This document shows positions 10,839 to 20,798 of a stretch of DNA of 32,000 nucleotides, one piece after another. The notes under the pieces were generated by a model. It saw only the letters and a program-made list of their open reading frames with translations. It was not told the origin of the DNA and ran no database searches. Origin of the DNA: Paramicrosporidium saccamoebae KSL3 (lineage: Eukaryota > Fungi > Cryptomycota); assembly GCA_002794465.1 (NCBI GenBank), contig MTSL01000169.1, positions 16,546-48,545 on the forward strand, given 5' to 3'. How positions within the stretch are numbered: the first letter of the stretch is position 1; the number at the start of each line of letters is the position of its first letter. A program made the translations under genes and the position numbers.

Positions 10839-11169
10839 GACTCTATTTAAAAGATGTGTGTGGGTGGGTGTATGCACATGTTATATGCATAGGCTATTCT
10901 ATTATAATAAACCAGCACTTCAAGAATATAATTGTTGAGGTTTAAGTAAAGATTTAATGCAAACCTTATCCCCTTTTATTATATACAATACAGTTTATCA
11001 CTTTCAGGCGGGAAGGGAGCTTGTTCACTGTTTATCCTCGCATACCCGGCTAATCAATCTGCCCCCCCCCACATACATACGGCCAGGGGTTCGAATTAAG
11101 AAACTTTACTTCCTGTCCCAAACAATGAAATTAATTTTTCTTTGTGCTTTGCATATTTTGGAACTCTTT

Positions 11170-11853
11170 ATGAGCACTGCAAGGTCTAGCTTAACTCGCA
11201 GAGTATTCGACTTTTGGTTTGGAGGTACACGTTGGCGCGGTGCTTAAGGTCTAGGCGAGCTAGCCGCTGGCAAACCCCTGGACCCAAAATTGGCAAAATT
11301 GTGGTTTGGTGCAGAGGCGAGCGTGGATGCTGAAATCAGAAGCCAGTTCCTTCAAGACGTAGAGTCGACCGTAGAATCCACCGCCAAGTTCGAGTCGCTC
11401 CAATTAGACCCACAAGATGCCCTCGCTGGCACCATCCTTCTGGACCAGTTCACTCGTAACATGTTCCGCGATTCGCCCCGCATGTTTGCTCACGACCCAT
11501 TGGCATTGCAACTCGCCCGTGTCGCCGTAAAGAAGGGTTTTGACATGCAGATAAGTCACCCGCTGATGCGCACATTCTTCTACATGCCATTCATGCATTC
11601 GGAAGATTTAGTCGCTCAGGATGAGGGAATGGAATTGTTCCAAAAGGCATTTACGATTGAGCCTGAAGAGTCTCCATATAAGGAAAATCTAGCCGGCAAT
11701 ATCAGTTACATGAAGAGACACCGCGATATTATTGCCAAGTTTGGGCGCTTCCCGCATAGAAACGAGAATTTGGGCAGAACTAGTACTGCCGAAGAGACGG
11801 CGTTTTTGACTGGTGGTGGAGACACTTTTGATAGCCGCCAGAACAAGAAATAA
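11170..11853 (+). CDS. DUF924-family protein; intron 11225-11254
   Basis: VFDFWFG|GE...LWF...VDAEIR; ILLDQFTRNMFR; FFYMPFMHSEDL; HRDIIAKFGRFPHRN. Confidence 0.9.
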
Positions 11854-12129
11854 AAACTGGCTTTGTGTAGTTACAAATCAAGATTCGAGAATATTCGATC
11901 CGCCATCATGTGGTGACTTTGCTGGCCAAAGATGGAAATGCTCAAGACCTGGTTAGGTATGAACGCAAGTAGCAAGTTAAACTGCTGCGTGATGGGGAAA
12001 ATACCACGTACTTTTTGTCAGGCTGGAAGAGACGAGAATGAAATATATTCGCTGTTAATCCAACGGCCTATTTATAGTCTCACAAATAATGTGATAGCCG
12101 GCTGATCAGCCCTCGACATTACACTTCTA

Positions 12130-13392
12130 TCAGCGAAGAGTTACTTGGAGCTGTCTTGTCACCCTTGCCCGCAGCTCAGATTGAAGGTTGTTGACAAGAG
12201 TGTCAGTCAGAGTCTTTTCCATTGATCGATAGACAATCCGGTAGCACATGCTCATTCTATTGATCTTGGTGTCATGGTACTCGTCAGCCAAAGTGACAGC
12301 CTCAACCAGATCGGGAGCAACATCGCGGATAATTTCGTATAGCTCGTTGGGCTGGAAATCCCGTGTAGTTGGTAAGTAGAAACTAATATCGCGGCATATT
12401 GGAGGATACTTTGAAAAGGGAACAAACTTGATTGGTTCCGAGTCTTCCTTTTGTGATGAAAACTGGGATATAAAACGATCATCTTGGGACCAAAATAGAC
12501 GAATGTCATTGATCCCATGAAGAACCATGGCCACACGTTCCAAGCCCATTCCAAATGCCCACGCAATGGCGTTTGGATCTCTTTCTAGGACTGAAGGGTG
12601 CAGAACCTGCCGCTGGAGAATTCCACTCCCAAATACTTCAAGCCACCGATTGTCATAAAATACCTCAGCCTCGGTGCTAGGTCGGGTGAATGGAAAAAAG
12701 GTTTCTTGCCAGCGGATCCTTGAATTCTCTCCAAAAAGAGTTTTCATTAGCCCGTGCAAAGTAACGTAGAGATCGGCGAGCGCCAATTTCACAATCTTCG
12801 GATCATGTTCTACTTGTAACACTTGACTGCCAATGGCTTTTTCAATCTCCCCAACGAGATGGGAATATTCAGCCTCTCGGGAGAGCAGCTCGTCGGGAGA
12901 AAATATGCAAACTCCCTCTAGCTGATGAAATACGGGCATATGACTGCAATCAATTTGATCCCGTCTATAAACATCCCCCACGAGAAAAAAACTTTTTCGT
13001 CCTGTGGCCATCACTTCCCTCTCATGAGCAGTCATGTGTGTACGTAGCATCATCTTCCTATTGAGGTAATACGAGTCGTTTGGCGAACGGCTAGGATGAG
13101 AAGCCGGTATGAGGAGCTCGTCAAAATTTTGCTGCACGGGGACGATGGGATCGTCGTGGCGAAGGAAATCAAAGACTCCGGGATGTCGGCTATCAAAATG
13201 TCTCTGGATACGACGCCACAGAAGAGCCAATGGTGAGCTAGGCTGGCTGAGGAGTTTGTGTGACAGACGACTGGCAATGGCAGGAGTAATGTTGGTCATT
13301 GAGTCCATTTCGTATTCATGCCCACAAATAGTCCTTGTGGGAATGCTCTTCATCGTCTGCAAGCTAAAGCGACGCCGACATGCGGAGATCAT
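12130..13392 (-). CDS. MSF1: Mitochondrial phenylalanyl-tRNA synthetase
   Basis: LRTHMTAH, GDVYRRDQID.SHMPVFHQLEG, FPFTRPSTEAEV, WAFGMGLER, and a C-terminal FDX-ACB domain (RDISF...YRSMEKTLT). Confidence 0.95.
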   Translation of the reverse strand: MISACRRRFSLQTMKSIPTRTICGHEYEMDSMTNITPAIASRLSHKLLSQPSSPLALLWRRIQRHFDSRHPGVFDFLRHDDPIVPVQQNFDELLIPASHPSRSPNDSYYLNRKMMLRTHMTAHEREVMATGRKSFFLVGDVYRRDQIDCSHMPVFHQLEGVCIFSPDELLSREAEYSHLVGEIEKAIGSQVLQVEHDPKIVKLALADLYVTLHGLMKTLFGENSRIRWQETFFPFTRPSTEAEVFYDNRWLEVFGSGILQRQVLHPSVLERDPNAIAWAFGMGLERVAMVLHGINDIRLFWSQDDRFISQFSSQKEDSEPIKFVPFSKYPPICRDISFYLPTTRDFQPNELYEIIRDVAPDLVEAVTLADEYHDTKINRMSMCYRIVYRSMEKTLTDTLVNNLQSELRARVTRQLQVTLR

Positions 13393-13669
13393 ACCAAAAA
13401 ATAATGATTTAGCGGGTCTTTAGTTTAGAGAATAAGTTGTCTGAAATGTGCACCTCATCGAGCAGCTAACTGGAGAGAATCATACCCAAACGACTGTGAT
13501 GCACCCTACTAACCACAACCGAGACTGAGCCGTTGGTAATGTTTCCACAAGTTCTGCTCAGGCCGGTGGACAATGTACATGGCAACCTGTCTCTTGAATC
13601 CATCTCTGGTGGGATACTCGACAAAGTTCCTGTCCTTTCAATAAAAATCGTCCTTACTGATCAGGTTAA

Positions 13670-14443
13670 ATGGAATTTGACAAAATCAAGTGGCCAGCCC
13701 TAATAAAGTCCCATAACAGATGCCGGGGACTCATGTTGACACGAATCATCAGTGGAAGGGCAGCACACGTTTCGCAATGTTTGCTCCATAGGGGCACTTT
13801 GTTAAGAATGAACACAAAGTACAGTCGTCAGGAACTCCAGCGGATATGGACGATTCCCAATGCGCTCTCTGTAGGACGCGTATTAATTACACCGGTGATA
13901 GGACACGCCGTTCTTGCAGATAAACCCGTCCTGGCGTTTTCTCTGCTCTTCGCCTCGGCTTTGTCGGATTTTGCGGATGGATATCTTGCCCGTCGATGGA
14001 GACAACAGAGCGCTTTGGGGTCGCTGCTTGACCCGCTTGGGGACAAAGTACTGGTGGGTGTACTTGCTGCATCGCTGGCTTGGAAGGGGCTACTGCCCGG
14101 CTGGTTGATGGCAACAATCCTCCTGAGGGATGTAGGGTTGATTATTTCAGGTATCTATGTGCGGTGGAGGACTCTTCCAGGCCCATTTACAATCCGAAAG
14201 TACTTTGATCCCACCATTGCAACGGCAACCGTATCGCCCACTCTCATCAGCAAAGTCAACACTGCCTTGCAGATCCTGCTATTAGGATGTACTCTAGCTA
14301 CACCTTTGCTGGTTGATTCGTATCCAAGCTTTATTAGCCATTGTCTTGTTCCATTGCAGTGGACTGTCATGGGGACCACCGTAGGAAGTGCTCTATCGTA
14401 TATCAAAGACTATAGAAAGGTTGTAAAGTTTATTAAAAAGTGA
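13670..14443 (+). CDS. CRD1: Cardiolipin synthase-like CDP-alcohol phosphatidyltransferase (start codon uncertain)
   Basis: WTIPNALS, DFADGYLARRW.QQSALGSLLDPLGDK motif, PTLISKVNTALQ. Confidence 0.88.
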   Translation: MEFDKIKWPALIKSHNRCRGLMLTRIISGRAAHVSQCLLHRGTLLRMNTKYSRQELQRIWTIPNALSVGRVLITPVIGHAVLADKPVLAFSLLFASALSDFADGYLARRWRQQSALGSLLDPLGDKVLVGVLAASLAWKGLLPGWLMATILLRDVGLIISGIYVRWRTLPGPFTIRKYFDPTIATATVSPTLISKVNTALQILLLGCTLATPLLVDSYPSFISHCLVPLQWTVMGTTVGSALSYIKDYRKVVKFIKK

Positions 14444-14468
14444 ATCGACATTGTGGGAGGGGAGTAAA

Positions 14469-14618
14469 TAATGGATCCAGCTACGAGGTAAACATATTCA
14501 GGTACGAGATAGAACGTATTGAGTATGAGGTAGAGCAGATCCAAGCACGAGGCGGAACGGATTCGAGTATGCGGTGGAACGGGTTCCAGTACAAGGCAGA
14601 ACGGATCCAAATACAGGC
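14469..14618. repeat. Degenerate minisatellite, 7 units of 21-22 bp
   Basis: Units approximate RGAACGGATYCAGTACGAGGY, e.g. agaacgtattgagtatgaggt, ggaacggattcgagtatgcggt, ggaacgggttccagtacaaggc. Confidence 0.75.
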
Positions 14619-14658
14619 TCCCCCGCAATACCGCTGGGTTCACTAATGTGCTGGCTTT

Positions 14659-15858
14659 TTATTGCAAGATTGGTCCCAGTACGCTATTCCATTCATCAGT
14701 CCAGGATTTGGTAGTAGGATTTTTACATTTTACTTTTCCGTCCAAAAGACTTGTGATCGACTCGGCAAGCTCCTCGGGCGTCTTAAATAGAACACCCGTC
14801 TTTCCATCTTCGATCAGCTCGCCGATCGCAGTGTAACTATAAGCAACCACAGGCAACTCGGCACCAATCATGTCGACAACTTTCATCGGCAAATCAACCC
14901 CCGAGGATGATGTGTGCATGCAAATCCCAATGTCAGCAGAGCCCAATAGTCGCCTATAGTCTTCAGAACTTAGCCATACTGACGCAAACTGGATCATACG
15001 TAGGCCAAGATGGACAATTTTCTCTTCGTAAAAGGTCTTCAAGGGGCCTTTTCCGGTGACTACCAGCTGTATTGGTTTTTTTAGAGAGCCTTCTAGTATT
15101 TCGAGAGCATCTACCAGTATGGAAAAGTCTTCATCGGGTGTCCAACTGGTACTGCTCACAAGCAACGACACATCTTCTGAATCCCACCCAAGTCGCTCCC
15201 TGATATTACGTCTAAAGCTCTTCCTATCTGCTCCCTGTAGGGCCTTGGAGATTCCAATATTAGGACGATCATACAGGACAAGTGTCGTAATCCCAGCATT
15301 GATCTGCATCCATTCTTTTTGAGCCTGACTGACAACCAAATTAACTGATGAAAGACGCGTCGAGTATATTTCGACTGCCTTTGCAAGCGCAACTATAGCC
15401 GGATAGTGGATGGTCTGGGCGAGGAGTGTGTATCCGACATTATGCCAATCGGTAATAAGGCGGGCTCCGTGCCACCAGGACAACAATTTACCAACAAACA
15501 GGGTGGGAAACACGGGCGGACTTTGAACCAAAATAATGGTGGGCTTTCTCAGCGTGCAAAGACTCAACCAGATCACGTAGAACGTCTGGAACACCATCCT
15601 AATAAACATCCCAACCATACGGCCAACCATGCTGGGAAGAAGAGGGATATTTAATCGGCATGGAGGGATGGCCACCACATTGGTTTGGCTCGCAACATCC
15701 TCTGGCAACTCTGACTCTGCATAGCCAGCAAAGTCCACGCTGAATCCAATTTTTCCAAGTTCTCGGACATGATTTTGCATGCGGGGAGAATGTCCCACGT
15801 CGCCCAAAACAAGAACCAGAGCATGCTTCACTTGCCCTGACATTTCAGCATGGGTCAT
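14659..15858 (-). CDS. ALG1: Chitobiosyldiphosphodolichol beta-mannosyltransferase
   Basis: VLGDVGHSPRMQNH, DWHNVGY, SSTSWTPDEDFSIL, GICMHTSSSGVDLPMKVVDM. Confidence 0.96.
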   Translation of the reverse strand: MTHAEMSGQVKHALVLVLGDVGHSPRMQNHVRELGKIGFSVDFAGYAESELPEDVASQTNVVAIPPCRLNIPLLPSMVGRMVGMFIRMVFQTFYVIWLSLCTLRKPTIILVQSPPVFPTLFVGKLLSWWHGARLITDWHNVGYTLLAQTIHYPAIVALAKAVEIYSTRLSSVNLVVSQAQKEWMQINAGITTLVLYDRPNIGISKALQGADRKSFRRNIRERLGWDSEDVSLLVSSTSWTPDEDFSILVDALEILEGSLKKPIQLVVTGKGPLKTFYEEKIVHLGLRMIQFASVWLSSEDYRRLLGSADIGICMHTSSSGVDLPMKVVDMIGAELPVVAYSYTAIGELIEDGKTGVLFKTPEELAESITSLLDGKVKCKNPTTKSWTDEWNSVLGPILQ

Positions 15859-15913
15859 AAGGCAAACAAAATTTTTCTATTGATTCTACATCACAGACAG
15901 ACTGCAGCAAAGT

Positions 15914-16342
15914 CTAATGTTCGCGTACTATAGACGCTATTTCTTGGTTGATGCCCGCAATCTCTTGCTGCATCCTTCGGAGACTATCAGAAATTTCATC
16001 GGCCATTCGGGTGTGCACGCTTGTCCATCCTGCACTGCCTTCCCGGCCGGATTCCTTGTTCACCCGCTTTCCAATTCGGCGATTCATCTCAATGCCTTTG
16101 TCCTCCAATACAGAAATCTTTGTCATGGACTCGGAAGCCATATCCTTTGATCTTTTGGTCAAGTGTGCCGGCTTCAGTCTGTTATGAGCCAACTCTGCGC
16201 TGTCATGTAGTCCAAACTCGCGCTCAAGCACCTCTTCACACTCTCCTCGATCTTCAGTTTGGAAGGATTCCCGACAGTCAGAGTATTGAGTCTCTCCAGT
16301 GCTGGTTCGACATCTGCTAAAAATGTTTCTTAGCCATCTCAT
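15914..16342 (-). CDS. Hypothetical 142-aa protein with C-terminal coiled-coil-like segment
   Basis: ATG-initiated ORF fills the gap upstream of ALG1; heptad-like LRRMQQEIAGINQEIASIV. No family recognised. Confidence 0.5.
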   Translation of the reverse strand: MRWLRNIFSRCRTSTGETQYSDCRESFQTEDRGECEEVLEREFGLHDSAELAHNRLKPAHLTKRSKDMASESMTKISVLEDKGIEMNRRIGKRVNKESGREGSAGWTSVHTRMADEISDSLRRMQQEIAGINQEIASIVREH

Positions 16343-16517
16343 GGGATTGCTTGTTTACTTTGTTCACAGCCCCACCGCAAGCCTTATACTCGCCAGAATG
16401 TATCTCCAAGGCAACCTTCCCTAAACGTGCAATATTCATAGTTAATGGGACTTGTCTACCTACAATCCGAGAACATTGCATTTGTAAGGTTAAAAGCAAA
16501 GGCGCTTTATTCACGCG

Positions 16518-16620
16518 ATAAATTGTAGATTTATCTATTCACACAAGTGCCATCACTACATGTGATTTCACTAAATAAATTGTAATTTCATCTATTCACA
16601 CTCAAGTACCATCATTATGT
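16518..16620. repeat. Two imperfect 46-bp direct repeats (16518-16563, 16575-16620)
   Basis: ATAAATTGTAGATTTATCTATTCACACAAGTGCCATCACTACATGT vs ATAAATTGTAATTTCATCTATTCACACTCAAGTACCATCATTATGT. Confidence 0.85.
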
Positions 16621-16686
16621 CATTTTGCATAAACTGCATCTACCCCAACATCAATAACAAATCACACCCTCCCAACTCCAGCTAAT

Positions 16687-19144
16687 CTATTCGCGACCAA
16701 AAAATAGCATCGACCTTGAATGTTCTCGTTGCTTGTTCTCCCTCATTCTAACTGATAGCTCATCAAACTGGCCATCAAGGACATCAACTGGAGCTGAAAT
16801 AATATCCGAGTGGGCTAGACTGGACGATGATACTGTCAACGTTCTGGCCGGTTGGCCACCTGCCAATTCCGCGCGATAAAAGGCCGGCGCAGTGGCTGTG
16901 CTAAGGGCAGAAGTTCCCAGCTTGGAAAGACGAGAAAATGTTCCAGTTGACGAACGATCAGAGGGAACATGGAGTCGGATCGATGGTGGCGGTTTGTCAA
17001 CCGAAGGAATTAAGGATAGCAATAATTTTTCATCCACCTCAACTTGATATTTTTCAATCTCCTTGAGTAGCAACTCTATCTTGGGATCCCCCGAAGAAGA
17101 GAGAAAAGCGTCTCGCGCAGCGGACAATGTAGGAATCATTTTCTCGGGCTTAAACTCTTTAGAGCCGGATATTATGGGACCAGTCTGTGAAATGTTCAAA
17201 ATGTCCTCCATCTTTATCATACTCACCCCCACACCCTCAAGCTTAGAAATGAAATCTTCGGCTAAATTAGCGAGGTCCATTTTGCAAAGTCCAGTGCCAA
17301 TATCTCGGATTATGTAATTTGTAAAGAGAGCTACACAGGACCGATCTTCAAAGGTTAGTCTTGGAACCCGCATGGCAGACTCGCCAAACCATATGGTAAA
17401 GTGGAGATAGTGGAACAGCTGGGAAGTATCACACTCTGCAACCAGAATTTGCAGCAGGGACAGCGCCGCAGCAAGGTGTATAATTGAAATAAAATCGGCA
17501 TGTCCTCCGCCCGGGAAAATGGACTCGGCCAGCGTAATTCGGCTTTTGGTAAGAATATAGTAACTCGATTTTCCCAACACAATCGCAGCAGGACTGCCTG
17601 GCGATTCCGAGGGAGCCCGACGATTTGGCACAATAGACAATCCATGACGGATCAGTCGTTGCCAGAGAACAAGAGTATTGAGGCAAAACTCATCATCTGA
17701 AAACACCGCCATCCGGAACAAAAGCTCAAACAAGCGTATGTGCAAATCCACAAACGCCAATCTTAGAACAGAAGGAGGAGTTCCCTCTTCAGCCAGCGCA
17801 AACAAGATTCCCCAAACAACCGCTCTAAAATGCCCCTCCTCAGTGCTATCCAACGTCACGGTTCCAATGGAATGATGATCAGGAATTTTCAGAGTAGGCC
17901 GAGGTGACAACTCTTCACCTGCAAGACGCAATCCAGGGAAAAACGCCTTTGAAATCAAATGCTCAATCACTTCATACTTTTGGAGGGCAAAGTTTGCGTT
18001 TCGCAAAAGAGACACAAAGGCATTGCAGATGGAGAAGACGGTGCGTGGGGGCGGGACCGTAAAGTTGATAAAAGAAGAACGAAGGTTCGCCTCTTCCCTA
18101 GAGTTCAAATTCCGCTGTTTTCTCAAAAGCTTCAAAATGTTATTCGTAAGCTCGAGGGCAGAATAGCCTAGCGGGCTCCGATTAGATCTCAGTAGCTCTG
18201 CTATAGCATCTGCCAAAACGGCGGTTACAAGGTCTTCAGCGACTTCCAACTTTCGAAACATTTCAGAGAGTACAACACAGAGATATTGTGCAGGCACTGC
18301 GTGAATTAAAATGCTATGTACAAGTCCACAAAGCCTCTGTCTCTCCCATCCGTCGCGGTCAAATTCGCAAAAAATGCTATCCATGACCATAGGGACGGAG
18401 GTAGAGTTGCAACCCTCTACTAATGCCACAAGAGCAGACAGATTCATTTGAGATGAATCCATCCGTAATGCCCCACCTGCTCGAATCTGGTTAATTTCTT
18501 CAAAAGTGCGAGGGGTGCTTTCTTGGGTGCGCAATTCACGGATTATTGTGCTGACGATCAGATTAATACGTTGCTCGCCCAAAGGTGCACGAAAGTCTTC
18601 CATCGCAACCGCAGCCAAAACATCTTTGGCAACTTCCCTAAGGGATAAGACTCGAATATAAAGTGTACTCTGGATGTAGCTGGCCAGAAATTGGCTTTTG
18701 CAGCAGCCTCTCAAGCACTTTAGACAAGAGATCGAAAAACTCTGCATCGCGAATGGACGGAAGAATCCCCTTGGTCATTTTACAGAATTCCACAAACAAT
18801 TTATGCGCTCTAATGACAAGTTCGCTGGTAAGCATTGCTTCAGAATAAAGCATTATAATCCTCAAGACTGTAGGTGCAAATGTAACAAAATAATCACTAC
18901 AGCCTCGCATTATTCCCTCCACAATTTCCAAAGTCACGCCGTTGTATTGTGGCGATTCGCGTGTCAAATCTTTTGGGACTTTGCGTTCTAAATAGGCAGA
19001 GACTTTTAACAGCTTCGCAGGCTTGGCATTGATGTAGAATGTGAGCGATGATATCTTTCCACCAGCCGCGCCTGTCTCGCCTGTGCCCTGGGGATAGCAC
19101 TCGTTAACCTTGTGCTGATGCTTTGCTCCAAAACGGCTCCCCAT
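16687..19144 (-). CDS. EFR3: EFR3-family plasma-membrane PI4-kinase scaffold; intron 18638-18668
   Basis: N-terminal KHQHKVNECYP...LTFYINAKPAKLLKVSAYLERK matches the Efr3 N-terminus. A 31-nt GTACA..TAG intron joins the two ORFs (HPE|EVAKDVL). Confidence 0.8.
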
Positions 19145-19273
19145 TACCACGCTGTCCTCTACTGGCCGCTATAAATACTGACTGCAGCCAATCAAAACTA
19201 TGCCCATCGGGTTGCCCCAAAATGGCGTTTCCATACAAATTTAATGGCTGCTCACTTACAGTTATGGTTGAAT

Positions 19274-19708
19274 CTACTTTGCGATGGAAGAGTTGAACGA
19301 GTTCTGAATGGCAACAAGCTCGTTCTGTTTGGCATCGAACAGGCCTCGTCCTTCTTTCAGTTGCCTCTCAATCTTTTCCATCTCGTTCCTAATAAACTCG
19401 ACACGCTTGGTGACATTGGACACTGCTTCGTCGCGCTCTTGCTTGAGCAGCACTGAGCCAACGAGTTTAAATACCGAGCGATCTTCTTCCACCAACTGCA
19501 GCTCCTACAAATCGACAAAGCAGCTTAAGCCGTCTACTTCTAGGACTATCTCGTTTTCCTTTAATTGAGCATCCAATAACTGTCGGTTTGACATTGCAGT
19601 TGTGAGTCCTCCAATTAAGAGATTGTATGTCGCGCATGTACCTTTTTCTAGCTCCCGAAGTTGCCGGACTCCATCCTGCATCTTGGTCTGTAACGTCTCT
19701 ACCTCCAT
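19274..19708 (-). CDS. PFD6: Prefoldin subunit 6; introns 19609-19641, 19505-19537
   Basis: RQLLDAQLKENEIVLE|ELQLVEEDRSVFKLVGSVLLKQERDEAVSNVTKRVEFI. Confidence 0.9.
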
Positions 19709-19732
19709 TACAACGAGACCGCTCCTAACAGT

Positions 19733-20224
19733 TTATTCTTTTCTTTTATACAATCGTCCGTTCCCAAGCCTTCTCTTACCATAACTCTGAGGAGCAGAAG
19801 CTCTACTGGGATTGAGGCCGGGTACTTTGGATGGAGACTTACGTCCTTTCTTATTCGTTCCCATTCCTTCATCAGAATTCACCGATCGTCCAAACATTTC
19901 GAGTATAAACTCCACTCTCCGTGCAGCGTCGCCACCCCGTTGTAGCAGAACAGAAATTGGCATGAAATGTTTTAGGGGGGAAAGTTCTTCCTCATTGACG
20001 GAAAATGGTATCTGAGTTAGCTCAGGATCAGGTTGTTCCTCAATGCTGTGGTCACTCTCGACGACCATTGTTGGCTCAATTGGCTTCAACCCGATGCGTC
20101 TCCGTTTCAAGGATGCTATATTATGGTAATTGCCATCTGGGTGTCCTGAATTCGGATGTCCTGAATCTGGTGTCAACAAGTCAGACATGAGCGGCAAGTC
20201 TTCGTCTTGTGGAAACCGCAGCAT
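19733..20224 (-). CDS. Hypothetical 163-aa basic, probably disordered protein
   Basis: ATG ORF between PFD6 and RSM27; basic NLS-like KRRR and S/T-P sites. No family recognised. Confidence 0.55.
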   Translation of the reverse strand: MLRFPQDEDLPLMSDLLTPDSGHPNSGHPDGNYHNIASLKRRRIGLKPIEPTMVVESDHSIEEQPDPELTQIPFSVNEEELSPLKHFMPISVLLQRGGDAARRVEFILEMFGRSVNSDEGMGTNKKGRKSPSKVPGLNPSRASAPQSYGKRRLGNGRLYKRKE

Positions 20225-20254
20225 TAATAGCCCCCTGGCGTCTAAAATCTGACT

Positions 20255-20319
20255 TTGGAAGCCCCACCCGTGTTGGAAGCCCCGCTCGAATTAAAAACCC
20301 ATCTTGATTTGGAAGGCCC
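20255..20319. promoter_or_regulatory. Three copies of TTGGAAG(C/G)CCC in a 109-bp divergent promoter
   Basis: Copies at 20255-20265, 20273-20283 and 20309-20319, between the head-to-head ATGs at 20224 and 20334. Confidence 0.4.
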
Positions 20320-20333
20320 TGTATCCTGTATAA

Positions 20334-20753
20334 ATGACGTCGTTATATCGCAATGAAGAGGTGCGCCGAATTGCCTGTCGCATTTTCCGGGAACCTTATT
20401 ATTCAGCAACACATGCCAGAAGGGGAGACCGGTTTTTAAATGGGCCGCTTTACGGCCCCCCATTGAAGAGCCACTGGCCCCTTCGATTAAAGGAACTTAC
20501 AAACTTTTGGCGTTCTCCATTTTCCACAGAAATCCCGTTGCCGAGAGCTACCAGATATGCAAACATTGTATCTCGTGCCTACAATAGTTTACCGTTCCCT
20601 CTTCATCGTGTATACCGCCTATCCATCGGAGAATGGCGATTTAACAGAGGAAAAAATGTTAAAAAAGGTAAACCTGCTACACAATTAGTTCACCTATCTT
20701 TAGGAGAGTCAAAGGTTACGGCGACCAACCTGGGAAAGATTGGAAAGAAATAA
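20334..20753 (+). CDS. RSM27: Mitochondrial ribosomal protein mS33/Rsm27-like
   Basis: RIACRIF....ATHARRGDRFLNGPLYGPPLKSHWP resembles the mS33 pattern; basic KKGKP tail. Confidence 0.7.
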   Translation: MTSLYRNEEVRRIACRIFREPYYSATHARRGDRFLNGPLYGPPLKSHWPLRLKELTNFWRSPFSTEIPLPRATRYANIVSRAYNSLPFPLHRVYRLSIGEWRFNRGKNVKKGKPATQLVHLSLGESKVTATNLGKIGKK

Positions 20754-20798
20754 ATCGCACTAGTTTATATTTTCCACTACCCAAAGGCCCATTAACAA

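Noticed and set aside
9609-10877. 422-aa antisense ORF over RPL3
   Set aside because: Exact shadow of a strongly codon-biased ribosomal protein gene; such antisense ORFs are an expected artefact.
13496-13541. TACTAAC branch-like site upstream of CRD1
   Set aside because: No ATG-led upstream exon joins in frame; at most a 5' UTR intron, and unsupported.
14440-14646. 68-aa ORF over the minisatellite as a real protein
   Set aside because: Starts at a GTG overlapping the CRD1 stop codon, and the repeat register shifts frame midway.
18638-18747. Apparent frameshift in EFR3 (overlapping ORFs)
   Set aside because: Fully explained by a 31-nt GT-AG intron; no need for programmed frameshifting or a pseudogene.
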